DNA from: Nitrospirota bacterium
GTDB lineage: Bacteria > Nitrospirota > UBA9217
Assembly: GCA_963737155.1 (NCBI GenBank)
Contig: CAVTRN010000002.1
Coordinates: 640,001-704,000 of the forward strand
Reading direction: 5' to 3'
DNA length: 64,000 nt
This document shows positions 11,037 through 21,094 of this stretch, piece after piece. The translations under genes were made by a program, and so were the position numbers. Numbering within the stretch: position 1 is the stretch's first letter; each line of letters opens with the position of its first letter. Under the pieces are notes generated by a model, which did no database searches, was not told where the DNA came from, and saw only the letters and a program-made list of their open reading frames with translations.

Positions 11037-14000
11037 CTATCCCAGCGTGAAAGAGATTGTAGCCCCTTTCCCGATTTCTCCCTCTGCCCAGACACTTCCT
11101 TCGTGGCGGCGAATGATCCGTTCGACAATAGCGAGACCGATTCCCGTTCCCTCAAACTCTTTTTCTGAATGAAGCCGCTGGAAGGGAAGGAACATCTTCT
11201 CGGCATAGGCAGGATCGAACCCGGCGCCGTTGTCTTTGACGAAATAAACGATCTTCGAGTCTTTTTCTGTAGCACCGAATTCGATGCGCGCATTCTCTGT
11301 ATTGGAAGTAAATTTCCAGGCGTTGTCTAACAGGTTTGTAAGCGCTATTTTCATGAGGCTGGGATCAACAACGGCGCGCAAGCCTTCGGCGACGACCACC
11401 TCGACGTTTCTCGCAGGAGCGCTTTCGTGAAGGTTGTTAACAACGGTGAATGCAAGTGTGCTTAAATCATAATCCATCCGCTCGATATTCTGACGTGATA
11501 TGTGCGACAGCCTCAGAAGATCTTCAATAAGCTGACTCATCCGGTCCGAGCCGTTCTTGATGCGGGCAAGATAGTCTCTGCCCTGTGCATCGAGCTTGTC
11601 CGCATAGTCTTCATATACAATTCTGGAGAATCCCGATACAGTCCGAAGGGGCGCTCTCAAATCATGCGACACGGAATAATTGAAGGCATCAAGCTCCTTA
11701 TTCACAGATTCAAGCTCCTGGTTCCTGGCCGCCATGTTTGCGTTCAATTGAGTGACATCCGCTTCGGCTTTCTTTCGCTCGGTGATGTCGAAAAACACCA
11801 CGGCGAAGCGGTTAGGCTCCGTCCGGTAGACGCTGACGTCGTAGCAACGCCCCAAGGGCCCGAACCATTCCTCAAAGCGTGCTGGTTCCCCGGTAAGGGC
11901 CACCTTCCCGTAGCGTTCGAACCAAGTGCGCTCTGCTGTAGGAAACAACTCGAGCGTGGTCCGCCCGACAATATCCGCGGCCTTCAGACCCGTATGATGC
12001 TGGAACGCCGGGTTGACCTCCAAATAGCGGAGATCAATGGGCCTCCCCGTGTCATCCAGGATGATCTCGTTGATCGAGAATCCCTCACTCATCGTATCGA
12101 AGAGGTTCCGGTATCGCGTCTCGCTCGCCCGAAGGGCCGTCTCTGCCGCTTTGCGTTCAGCTCTTATCCGAAGGGTCGTGATCCCGTAAGACAGATCGTC
12201 CGCCAGTTCAGTCAGCAATTTCACCTCTTCCTCGGAGAAGGGATCGGCTTCTTTGGAGTAGATGGTGATCGCCCCGAACACCTTGTCGCCAGACCACAGC
12301 GGGAAGACGATCGAGGATGCATAGCCGCGCCTGTGAGCCTCTTCACGCCAAAGCGTGAAAGCGGGATCGGTCAGCATGTTTCTGCAAACTGCGACTTTGC
12401 CAGTGCGGATGGCCATGCCGGTTGGGCCCTGGCCCCGTTCGGTGTCGGCCCACGTTAGCTGAAGTGTTTCAAGGTAACCTTCCTCGAAGCCTGCGTGTGC
12501 AACGGGACGAACTGATTTTGCATCGTCGTTTTCTGCAAAGCCTATCCAGGCCATGCTGAATCCGCAGTCTTTAACGATAATCGCGCATACATTACTCATG
12601 AATGATGTTTCGTCTTCGGCGCGGCTGACAGCCTTTCTGCCGTTACTGAGGGCTTTTAGTGCCCTATTTGATTTGTGCAGTGCCTCCTCTGCCCGCTTAT
12701 ACTCGCTAATATCATTGAAAAGAATTGCGACATTTTGGTCCTCCGGGTTGCCGACGCGATATGCATAAACATCATACCAGCGATTTAATGCTCTGGCTTC
12801 GTTCACAAAACGCAGCGGCTCACCGGTCAACGCGATTTTCCCATAAATCTCGAACCAATGTGCCTCATGAGCCGGGGCAAGCTCACGCATTAATTTCCCC
12901 GTCGCTTCATGAAGCCCGGTTTGCTTTTCAAACGCTGCGTTGACCTCAAGGAAGCGGTAATCGACGGGCCTGCCCTGCGCGTCAAAAACCATCTTGACGA
13001 TGCAAAAACCTTCGTCCATCGTGTTAAACAAATTGCGATATCGCTCTTCGCTTTCCTGCAGCGCCTCGTCAACGCGGAACTTCGCCAGCGCTACAGCAAG
13101 ATAGTCTGCCAGCTGTTCCCAGAGGCTTATCGTCGAGGAAGTAAACCGTCCCTTTCGTCTATCGTTCAATTGCAGGAGGCCCAATCGTTCTTCTCCAAGT
13201 GTTAGGCCGATCAGGGCAACCGACTCGTATCCCTCGCCGTTGCACCGGTTGCGTGTCCGGGCCTGCCTATCCGCTTCCGTTGTAGTTGCAAGCAGCGCGG
13301 TAGTGCCGTTGGTCCAGAAGTTGCCTCTTTTCGTAAAGAAGGGTTTCGACGGATCGAACCGTCCGCAAATCACGTTGCCGCACATGCACGCCAGAATAGG
13401 ATTACCGGCGCTATCGAGGATAGGATTCCCCTCCTTGTCGCAGGAGCACAATCTGTTCTCCAGCTGAACGAACTCATTCGAAAAGCCTCGTGTCTCAAAA
13501 TAGGGGTAGTCGTGTTTTTCACGAAGCCTAATGCCCACGGCCTCGCAGCCTGAATGTTGCTGGAAAAAAACCGTTGCTGCCCGGACCAGATCCGATGTCC
13601 CCCCGCATTCATTCACGAGACGCAGGAATGCCACGGTTTTCTCCCGCTCCTCCTGTGCCCGTTTCCGTTCGGTGATGTCGTGAGCGATCTTGGATGCGCC
13701 TATCGTCTTTCCGTTTGCATCCCTGATCGCGGAGAACGTCAAGGAAACGGGAATAATCGCGCCGTCCTTCCGCATCCGTACAGTCTCGAAATTCTCTATG
13801 TGTTCGCCCTGCGATAACCGCATCAGAATTTCGGGAACTTCGTCTGTATGCCCGGGAGGGACAAGAAGAGAAATATTTTTGCCAATCATCTCCTCCGCCG
13901 TATAGCCGAAAATTATCTCTGCGCCCACGTTCCACGTCTGAATAACACCATTCAGGTCCTTGCTGATGATTGCATCTTCCGCGCTCGCGACGATGGCCGC

Positions 14001-16832
14001 CAGACGACCCTGTACCTCCTCTGCCTTCTTGCGCTCCGTGATTTCATAGGCATAAATGCGCGCGACATTGAATTGAGGAATCAGTTCAATGTTCTCGCTG
14101 AAGAACCTGTCCTTGATCATGATCTCGCGATAGATGGAGGATTCGCTTTTTTTCTCCAGGTCTTTTAAAATGATATCCATGTCTTTCGGGAGGAATACCA
14201 ATGTTTCTCCCGTATTCAGACCCTGGTTTTCAAGGACCTTTTCCGTACTCAGATTAGCGAAGATGATGTTGCCGGAGGCATCCACCTCGAGAACCGGATT
14301 CGGATTGAGCTGCGGAAATGAGGCAAGGTTCTGGGTGCGTTCCTCTGCATGTTTGAGTTCGGTAACGTCGTTGTAAGTAATGACGACGCCCTCTATGCGG
14401 TTGTCCGCGGTGCGGTAGGGAAGCGTTGTTCGGACGTACCATGTGCTGTTGATCCTGATCTCCTTAGTAATCGGCACAAGTGTTTCAAGGACGCTCTGCG
14501 TGTTGACTAGGAGGTCTGGTCCGAGGTTCTCCTGGGACAGGTCAATGATCGGGCGACCCACATCCGAGGGGATCAGCTTGATGAGATTTGATATTGCGGG
14601 GGTATATCGCTTCACGCGGAAGTGGATGTCCAGAAAGATTGTGGGGATGTTCGTGCTCGCGAGGAAGTTGTTCAGATCGTTGTTCGTTACGTCCTGCTCC
14701 TCAATCTTGCACTGGAGTTGGGAGTTTACCGTGATTAGCTCTTCGTTCAGCGATTGAAGCTCTTCGCGCGACGTTTCGAGTTCCTCGTTCGCTGCCTGCA
14801 ATTCCTCGTTCGAGGACTGGAGCTCTTCGTTAAGGCTTTTTAGCTGTTCTATGTGGCTCTGAACGTCACTACGGGTCGCGGAAAGCTCGCTTTCAAGCTG
14901 GTGGATCGCAGTTTCATCGATTATAGTGGCATCGGGCTGCGCAGCGACTTCTTTCTTTGAGGAGGCGCCTTTCTCCTGAAAAACGACGATGAGCAGGTTC
15001 TCCTGCGCCTTCGTAATCCTGAGCGAGACTTGTCTTTTGCGGTTGTCATCTCCCGCCATGCTCGTGCGGATTGCCACCGGTTTATCTTCCTTGTGCGCTC
15101 GGTAGATCGCTCCGCGCAACCTGCTTCGGATGTTCTCAGGCACAAGCTCTAAAAGGCTCTGGGTCGGCACACCGCGGGGCTGGCGAAGATAGCGGTGTGT
15201 GGGACCGTTGTGGTAGATGATCTCGTGATTGTGGTCTATGGCCACAGAGGCCGGTCCGTATTCTTCAAGCAGTTTATCCTGGATGATTTCTGTGATAGAT
15301 CGACTCCTCACCATCATTTGCTCTTGTTTGGCGGGCAGCGCCTGTCGTTCTGTTGTATAAGGGACCGAGATAGGAAGTCTCGAAGCAAGTGTTGTCTCGA
15401 TCTTCAAGTATACACGGCATTGCTTGTGGCCTATGCTCTTAAAGAGCGAGCTCTTTCTGCCCACTGTTTCTGCGTTTCCGAGGAAGAGGTAGCCGCCCTC
15501 TTTGAGCGCGTAGTGGAAGAGCATGATACATTTTTCCTGGGCCTCGGGCTCCAGGTAGATAAGGAAGTTCCGGCAAATGATGATGTCGAGCTTGGAAAAA
15601 GGGGGGTCGGTCAAAAGGTCCTGCTTGGCGAAGACCACGCACTCCCGCACGTCCTTGTTGACGACAAAAAAATTGCCGTCATCAGTTGGAGTAAAGTACT
15701 TCTGTACATACTCTTGTGAAACGTCCGCTGCTATGCTCGCGGGATACTTGCCGTCGCGCGCCTTCTCCAGCGCACGGTCGTTTACGTCTGTGGCGAAGAC
15801 CTGGATATCTCTTTTTTTTCCGGCTAGACCGAGTTCCTGCAGAAGCATCATGGCGATGGAGTAAGCCTCTTCGCCCGTGGCGCTCGAAGGGGCCCAGACC
15901 CGGACAGGAAGGTCGGTGCGTACGGCAGCGATTTTCCGAACCGCCTCCATGTTCAGTGCTTTCCATGCCACCCGATCGCGGAAAAAAGAGGTTACGCCGA
16001 TCATGAGGTCGGATGCGAGAAGGGCAGCCTCGAAGTCACTGGTTGAGATGAGGTCCAGGTAATCTTTGATCGCTGAGAGCTCGTGAAGGTACATGCGTCT
16101 TCTGATCCTTCGGCCGACGACACTTTTCTTGTAGTTGTTGAAGCGGGAGCCGGTCTTCTCCTGGAGTATCCGGAAGAAACCATCGTATTCTTCCGGCGTG
16201 ATCGGGTACTCGCGGCCAACAGCGGTTTGGCCGATTCCCTGGAGCTTAAGGAGCTCCCCCGCCACGTTTTCGGGAGAGAGCACGGCATCCGCCTTGCCAG
16301 TTGCGATAGCCGCAAGCGGCATGCTGTCAAATTCCGCGGTCTGTGGGTCCTGAACGATCACGGTTCCGCCGAGTGACCGGACGGCCTGGCAGCCGCGGGC
16401 CCCATCGGTGCCCGCGCCGGAGAAGATCACGGCGATGGACCGTTCACCCGCATCTTCGGCGAGGGAGGCAAGAAATTCGTCAATAGGAAGGTGGATAAGC
16501 CCCTCGGGATGGACGGTCGTCCGGAAAAGGCCGTCCCGTAGGCGGACCTCCTTGCCCGGCCGGGAGAGGTATAGTCTTCCGGGCTGCACCTTGAGACCGT
16601 CGGATATCTCCTGGATGACAAGAGAGGGCTGTCTTGCAGAGATGAGTTCGGAGAGAATACTCTTGTGTTTCGATGAAAGATGCTGGATGAAGACCAGGGC
16701 GAAGCCGAAATCGGTCGGAAGAACGGAGAGAAACCGCTGCAGGGCGCCAAGGCCCCCTGCCGAGGCCCCGATGCCCACGATCGGGAAAGAAGGGCCCGAG
16801 TTCATATTCGTCTGGGTATTTCCCGATTGCAT
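11037..16832 (-). CDS. CheB-CheR fusion hybrid sensor histidine kinase with PAS and GAF domains (1931 aa)
   Basis: CheB triad GASAGG / IQHL / GTDG; CheR TSFFRD, ATGEEAYS, CRNFLIY; EELQS coiled coil; several PAS domains; two GAF-like domains; HisKA SHDLRAPL; HATPase DNGAGF / GTGIGL. Confidence 0.93.
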   Translation of the reverse strand: MQSGNTQTNMNSGPSFPIVGIGASAGGLGALQRFLSVLPTDFGFALVFIQHLSSKHKSILSELISARQPSLVIQEISDGLKVQPGRLYLSRPGKEVRLRDGLFRTTVHPEGLIHLPIDEFLASLAEDAGERSIAVIFSGAGTDGARGCQAVRSLGGTVIVQDPQTAEFDSMPLAAIATGKADAVLSPENVAGELLKLQGIGQTAVGREYPITPEEYDGFFRILQEKTGSRFNNYKKSVVGRRIRRRMYLHELSAIKDYLDLISTSDFEAALLASDLMIGVTSFFRDRVAWKALNMEAVRKIAAVRTDLPVRVWAPSSATGEEAYSIAMMLLQELGLAGKKRDIQVFATDVNDRALEKARDGKYPASIAADVSQEYVQKYFTPTDDGNFFVVNKDVRECVVFAKQDLLTDPPFSKLDIIICRNFLIYLEPEAQEKCIMLFHYALKEGGYLFLGNAETVGRKSSLFKSIGHKQCRVYLKIETTLASRLPISVPYTTERQALPAKQEQMMVRSRSITEIIQDKLLEEYGPASVAIDHNHEIIYHNGPTHRYLRQPRGVPTQSLLELVPENIRSRLRGAIYRAHKEDKPVAIRTSMAGDDNRKRQVSLRITKAQENLLIVVFQEKGASSKKEVAAQPDATIIDETAIHQLESELSATRSDVQSHIEQLKSLNEELQSSNEELQAANEELETSREELQSLNEELITVNSQLQCKIEEQDVTNNDLNNFLASTNIPTIFLDIHFRVKRYTPAISNLIKLIPSDVGRPIIDLSQENLGPDLLVNTQSVLETLVPITKEIRINSTWYVRTTLPYRTADNRIEGVVITYNDVTELKHAEERTQNLASFPQLNPNPVLEVDASGNIIFANLSTEKVLENQGLNTGETLVFLPKDMDIILKDLEKKSESSIYREIMIKDRFFSENIELIPQFNVARIYAYEITERKKAEEVQGRLAAIVASAEDAIISKDLNGVIQTWNVGAEIIFGYTAEEMIGKNISLLVPPGHTDEVPEILMRLSQGEHIENFETVRMRKDGAIIPVSLTFSAIRDANGKTIGASKIAHDITERKRAQEEREKTVAFLRLVNECGGTSDLVRAATVFFQQHSGCEAVGIRLREKHDYPYFETRGFSNEFVQLENRLCSCDKEGNPILDSAGNPILACMCGNVICGRFDPSKPFFTKRGNFWTNGTTALLATTTEADRQARTRNRCNGEGYESVALIGLTLGEERLGLLQLNDRRKGRFTSSTISLWEQLADYLAVALAKFRVDEALQESEERYRNLFNTMDEGFCIVKMVFDAQGRPVDYRFLEVNAAFEKQTGLHEATGKLMRELAPAHEAHWFEIYGKIALTGEPLRFVNEARALNRWYDVYAYRVGNPEDQNVAILFNDISEYKRAEEALHKSNRALKALSNGRKAVSRAEDETSFMSNVCAIIVKDCGFSMAWIGFAENDDAKSVRPVAHAGFEEGYLETLQLTWADTERGQGPTGMAIRTGKVAVCRNMLTDPAFTLWREEAHRRGYASSIVFPLWSGDKVFGAITIYSKEADPFSEEEVKLLTELADDLSYGITTLRIRAERKAAETALRASETRYRNLFDTMSEGFSINEIILDDTGRPIDLRYLEVNPAFQHHTGLKAADIVGRTTLELFPTAERTWFERYGKVALTGEPARFEEWFGPLGRCYDVSVYRTEPNRFAVVFFDITERKKAEADVTQLNANMAARNQELESVNKELDAFNYSVSHDLRAPLRTVSGFSRIVYEDYADKLDAQGRDYLARIKNGSDRMSQLIEDLLRLSHISRQNIERMDYDLSTLAFTVVNNLHESAPARNVEVVVAEGLRAVVDPSLMKIALTNLLDNAWKFTSNTENARIEFGATEKDSKIVYFVKDNGAGFDPAYAEKMFLPFQRLHSEKEFEGTGIGLAIVERIIRRHEGSVWAEGEIGKGATISFTLG

Positions 16833-17065
16833 AAGGCCTCCGGAAATGCTTTGCTGAAAGGCGTAAGGTATAACAGTTTATCACAATGATTGGGGGGATG
16901 TAAATGGTATTCAGAATTTGTATTACGAACATGAAACTTTAGGGGCATACGAGAATGCCACTCCGTTCACAGTGTTCTGCATCTTTCTTTAAAGCAGGAA
17001 GGCACTCTCAATGGCAGTAGAGCAGGTAGATAATCAGAAGAGGACAAATGGCATTGGGCTATTGA

Positions 17066-17330
17066 ATTGCTTTTGAACTTGCTCGTAAACCAGGCGACTA
17101 AGTCTTCACTCTTAATCGAGGTATTCAGCACCTCCTCATCATATAGCGCGTAACGTAGATCTGATTTTCGTTATTTGGCAATGACTATGACCGCTGCGTC
17201 CGACTTTTTTCCGCACCGGTTCGCACAATGTCAAGACTGGTCATTTTCAACACCTGCTTTGCGCTCGTAAACCTATGGGGCTCGTCGATGGCATCCAGCA
17301 CCTTTGTGAAGCTCGGTTTGATTTCGATGT
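17066..17330 (-). pseudogene. IS110-family transposase remnant
   Basis: KVLDAIDEPHRFTSAKQVLKMTSLD, then after a frameshift ANRCGKKSDAAVIVIAK*RKSDLRYALY…LVAWFTSK; matches the IS110 Transposase_20 pattern IGDxxRFxSAKQ…GL…SG…ISKxG…LRxALY. Confidence 0.65.
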
Positions 17331-17560
17331 TTACAAAAGATGAAACAATCATATATATTTTAGGAGAGATCACTCTTGTCCAAAATAGGTTTTATAGTGG
17401 ACAGTATTTTTATGGTATGGCTAGCAGCTCTTAAATCGAGAGCATTCCAAAGCATGATAAAAGCAGCTATTAGCGGCCCTGTGAGCGGCTTCTGTCAGGA
17501 AAACCGTAGATACCCTTGAATTCTGGAGTTTTGGACAGCATATTTATAAAAAACATCCTT

Positions 17561-18097
17561 GAATACCCAGCAGCTTGCTGCTGGGATGAAAAGGATATCC
17601 TGACGAAGTCAGGATGATTTTCTGATACAATACGGGCCATGAGCCCATTGAGAAGAAGCAGACATTGTGTCTATGATCTCAAGTACCATTTCGTATGGAT
17701 ACCGAAATATCGTAAAAAACTGTTCGACGTTCGGATGACGAAACGATTGAAAGAAATCTTTCGTGAGATAGCTGAACAGTACGATTTGGAAATAGATACG
17801 ATGGAAGTCATGGATGACCATGTACACTTGTTTTTGGTTGTTCCTCCGAAGTATGCGCCTGCGAAGGTAGTACAAATGATTAAAAGTATCTCCGCCAGAA
17901 TAATGTTCCAAGAGTTCCCGGAGATAAAGAAAAAGCTCTGGGGAGGGGAACTGTGGAACGATGGTTACTTTGTCCGTTCGGTTGGCGACAAAGTAACGGC
18001 GGAAGTGATTGGAAACTATATTCGGTATCAGCATGATGAGCAAATAGGTTTTAGATTCTAGTCAAAATGCCTCGCAGCTTGCTGCGGGGTTATTTAC
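17561..18097 (+). mobile_element. IS200/IS605-family element, tnpA only (IS200-like)
   Basis: Subterminal hairpins CCCAGCAGC-TT-GCTGCTGGG (17566-17585) and CCTCGCAGC-TT-GCTGCGGGG (18070-18089) flank tnpA; exact ends approximate. Confidence 0.85.
17639..18061 (+). CDS. tnpA: IS200/IS605 Y1 (HUH) transposase TnpA
   Basis: YHFVWIPKYR, HUH motif DHVHL, LWNDGYFV, catalytic Tyr in YIRYQ. Confidence 0.95.
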   Translation: MSPLRRSRHCVYDLKYHFVWIPKYRKKLFDVRMTKRLKEIFREIAEQYDLEIDTMEVMDDHVHLFLVVPPKYAPAKVVQMIKSISARIMFQEFPEIKKKLWGGELWNDGYFVRSVGDKVTAEVIGNYIRYQHDEQIGFRF

Positions 18098-18183
18098 TTC
18101 CGCGCCATGTCTATGCCAGCTGATATTCCCTTTTGGCCCTTCAAATTAAGTGTCATGAAATTGAATACGATTACTTTTCTCAT
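18098..18183 (-). pseudogene. 5' fragment of a dihydrofolate reductase/RibD-C family gene, truncated at the IS200 end
   Basis: AGGAGG RBS, then MRKVIVFNFMTLN, frameshift, FEGPKGNISWHRHGAE; matches the family N-terminus MRKxIxxxxxSLDGYFEGP. Confidence 0.55.
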
Positions 18184-18344
18184 GTTGCCTCCTGTGATTT
18201 ATTTCCCGGCAACCACCGTCAGCGTACTCCTTGATTTGAGCATATATATATTGTATTCGGAAGAATTCCCTGGAGATGTCAATGATGCCGTATAGGCAGA
18301 AAAACGGGTAGAGCACTGCCGAATACTGCTGAAAATTGTGATGT

Positions 18345-18418
18345 TGGGCTGGTAGCTAGCTAACCATTACCCTGGCCGGACCTCCACCGGCTAGAATAGA
18401 TAAGCTTGCTTGGCGCAC
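18345..18418 (-). ncRNA. Truncated group II intron 5' fragment (start of domain I)
   Basis: Minus strand reads GTGCGCCAAGCAAGCTTATCTATTCTAGCCGGTGGAGGTCCGGCCAGGGTAATGGTTAGCTAGCTACC: GUGYG 5' boundary plus the characteristic CCGGTGRAGGTCCGG stem-loop; no RT ORF or domain V seen. Confidence 0.55.
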
Positions 18419-18602
18419 CCAAGAATGGAAACTTCGACTGGATCAGGAAGGATTTGTAACCATGCAATACAGCCAGAATCTTTCACTTGACTCTGAAAAC
18501 AACCGATCCAAAGACCAGCTACAGTAGTACCTGAATACCGGGTTTCGCTTTTGCTCTACTCGACAAACGAAACTAGTTTTTTTTAGCGATCAGATTACCC
18601 GG

Positions 18603-18965
18603 TCATTTTTCGTCTTGCTTAGACTTCGCGGTCCGCTGGGGGTCCCCTTGCTTTAATGCGTCGAGGAATTCTCTGACAGGCGTCGGGTCGTATTTCCGCA
18701 TCAGCGTGCCTATATACTGCATCTGCCGGCTAAGAGGATTGTGTTTTTTAATGGTCCTTGCTGTTTTCACGGCAGCCAGGACGTTCCCAGGCAGATCGAT
18801 CCGTTTGAGCTGTTCATCCGATAACTTCACAAGTCGTTCACCCAGATCCTGCAATGACAGCGCTGCCTTCTTCTTCTGCGTTCTGCTTAAACGCACCGAC
18901 TGTTCACCGTGCACCTGCCCAGGCTGCACAGCTTTCTTCATCTCTTTTTTGTGTACCAGTCCCAT
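18603..18965 (-). CDS. yjgA: Ribosome-associated protein YjgA/DarP (DUF615), short form
   Basis: SRTQKKK…LQDLGERLVKL…LP…RQMQYIGTLMR family motifs; 120 aa. Confidence 0.8.
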   Translation of the reverse strand: MGLVHKKEMKKAVQPGQVHGEQSVRLSRTQKKKAALSLQDLGERLVKLSDEQLKRIDLPGNVLAAVKTARTIKKHNPLSRQMQYIGTLMRKYDPTPVREFLDALKQGDPQRTAKSKQDEK

Positions 18966-19081
18966 ACTTCAATCCTCGCAAACTTACATTGTTTTCAAAT
19001 ATCTAGTTTAGCAATGAATATGCCATTTCATTTAAACAACCTATTGACGAATATATCCCTGATGCTAATCGATGTCAATGA

Positions 19082-20429
19082 CATCGTATGGCAAGCCTCT
19101 TTAAGGTAAATTTGGTTTGTCGAAGACCAATATTTGCCGCAGGAGGACATTCCCATGAACAAGTTTAACGGTATTTTTGGACAGATTCTACAGATATTTC
19201 TCGTCAGGAATTTGTCAGGGCCGTACGAGAAACGATATCCGATAAGGGTGTAAAAGGATTCAGCTGTTGGGGCCAGTTCGTTGCGATGGTGTTCTGTCAA
19301 TTAGTCCAAGCGCACTCGATACAGGAGATTTGCGGAGGACTGGAAACCTGCCCGGGAAAACTTAAGCACTTCGGTATCGATGCAGCGCCCAAACACTCCA
19401 CCCTGGCTTATGCCAACGAGCATCGGCCGTGGCAGTCGTATCAGTAGGTGTTTTATCAGTTCTTGGCCAAATGCCGGGTACTGGCACGAGGCAAGAACCC
19501 GTTTCGGTTTAAGAACAAGCTGTTCAGCCTCGATGCCACGACCATTGAGCTTTGTGTGACATTATTTGACTGGGCGAAGTTTCGGCAGACGAAAGGTGCG
19601 GTCAAGTTTCACCTGTTTTTGGATCATGAAGGATATCTTCCAGTCTTTGCCAGTATAACCGAAGGGAATGTGCATGAAGTGAACATCGCGCATAAGCTCA
19701 CGTTTCCCAAGGGTTCCATACTGGCAATCGACCGTGGGTACGTGGACTATGAACAGTTTGCACAGTGGACGGATGCGGGAATATTCTTTGTCACGAGAGA
19801 AAAAGATAATGCCGCCTACCGGGTTGTCGAAAAACGAGAGGTTCCCAGCAACCGGAATATTATATGTGATCAGCTCATCGAGCTGACGGGCTACGAATCA
19901 ATCAAGAAGTGCCCGCATACCTTGCGACGGATAGAGGTCTGGGACGAAGAAAACGAGCGAATAATCGTTTTGTGGACGAATCATCTCGCCCTTGGCGCGA
20001 CGACCATAGCGAACATTTACAAGGACCGTTGGCAGATTGTGGTATTTTTCAAGACGATCAAACAGAATTTGAAAATCAAGACATTTGTGGGAACAAGCCG
20101 GAATGCTTTATTGACCCAGATTTGGACAACATTAATCGCGATCTTGGTGTTGAAGTATTTGAAGTTCCGATCCACGCTTGGCCGGTCACTGTCGAATCTG
20201 GTTGCCATGCTCCGTTACAATCTCTTTACGTATCGAGACTTGTGGAGGTGGCTAGATAGCCCGTTTGAAACGCCGCCGATAGTACCTTCTGCGGAGCAAC
20301 TTGTATTGAGTTATCGGTAATTGGACAGCAGAATGGGGAACCTGGATCGGAGCAAATGGATTTACCTGACTAAAAGCATTGATTGTCGAGGGTCAGCTTC
20401 AGAAAATCAGATTATCTTGGACAGCACTG
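19082..20429 (+). mobile_element. IS4-family insertion sequence (DUF4372-type transposase), inactive
   Basis: Right end …ATCTTGGACAGCACTG; weakly matching left end CATCGTATGGCAAG; encloses a disrupted transposase; no clear target duplication. Confidence 0.7.
19155..20320 (+). pseudogene. IS4-family DDE transposase pseudogene
   Basis: AGGAGG RBS and MNKFNGIFGQILQIF; frameshift near 19200; continues …QFVAMVFCQL…STLAYANEHRPW; in-frame TAG at 19445; LDATTI and DRGY intact, but YKDRWQIVVFFK has lost the catalytic Glu of WQIExFFK. Confidence 0.9.
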
Positions 20430-20478
20430 AGGAAAGATAAATACTGAATCGTAAGAGGTGCGCCTTATTATTAAGAAA

Positions 20479-20832
20479 TCAAGCTGTCCTTTTTAAGAAT
20501 ATCAAGGCGTCATCCTCATCCGCAAAGACATCTACACGCTTCATGAGACCAGTCATCTCGAAAATTTCGCGTTGGAAATCGTTCATATTGGTGAAACAAA
20601 CACAGCCACCCCTTGCGGATGTTGTCTGTAAGATACTCAAGAAGATTGAGATTCCGCGTGTATTTATCAACTCGACGTTGGAAAAATTTATGATGAATTT
20701 TTTATAACCTCTGTCGAGAAACTGTTCACTGGCTTTTTCGATCTGATGCGCGCCTACCTCACTGAGGTAACCTCTCGGAACCATGACAGCAACGTCCAGT
20801 TCTGATTTTGATGATAACGAGAACTTAATCAC
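20479..20832 (-). CDS. STAS-domain protein / anti-sigma factor antagonist
   Basis: IINFSNVELINTRGISIF (Thr at the usual phospho-Ser position), IFEMTGL, ADEDDAL. Confidence 0.8.
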   Translation of the reverse strand: MIKFSLSSKSELDVAVMVPRGYLSEVGAHQIEKASEQFLDRGYKKFIINFSNVELINTRGISIFLSILQTTSARGGCVCFTNMNDFQREIFEMTGLMKRVDVFADEDDALIFLKRTA

Positions 20833-21094
20833 AGCCTGTTGCCCTCCCTGCTACATATGTCCCAAAATATCCATTCTAAACAACAATAAAAGGTCAAACT
20901 CTCCGTCAGTAATTATCCTTCGGCACCTCGACCATCTCATTCTTTTAATATCCACCGCGTTCTGTCACACACTTGCGAAGGGTTTGAGTTTATCGCTTCC
21001 TATTTAAACATACCTGCGGGAAGCTGTCAATATATCCAATGGCTAAAAACTGAAATTCTACACCAATGCTGAAGTCAAATCATGCAGAAAGAAC

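Noticed and set aside
11502-12458. Long antisense ORFs (also 45159-46133, 59699-60493, 60940-61878, 54371-54988)
   Set aside because: They shadow well-supported genes on the opposite strand and carry no recognisable motifs.
19445-19447. In-frame TAG as pyrrolysine or readthrough
   Set aside because: It lies in a transposase that also has a frameshift and a lost catalytic Glu. No Pyl/Sec-type internal stops were seen in the methyltransferase operon.
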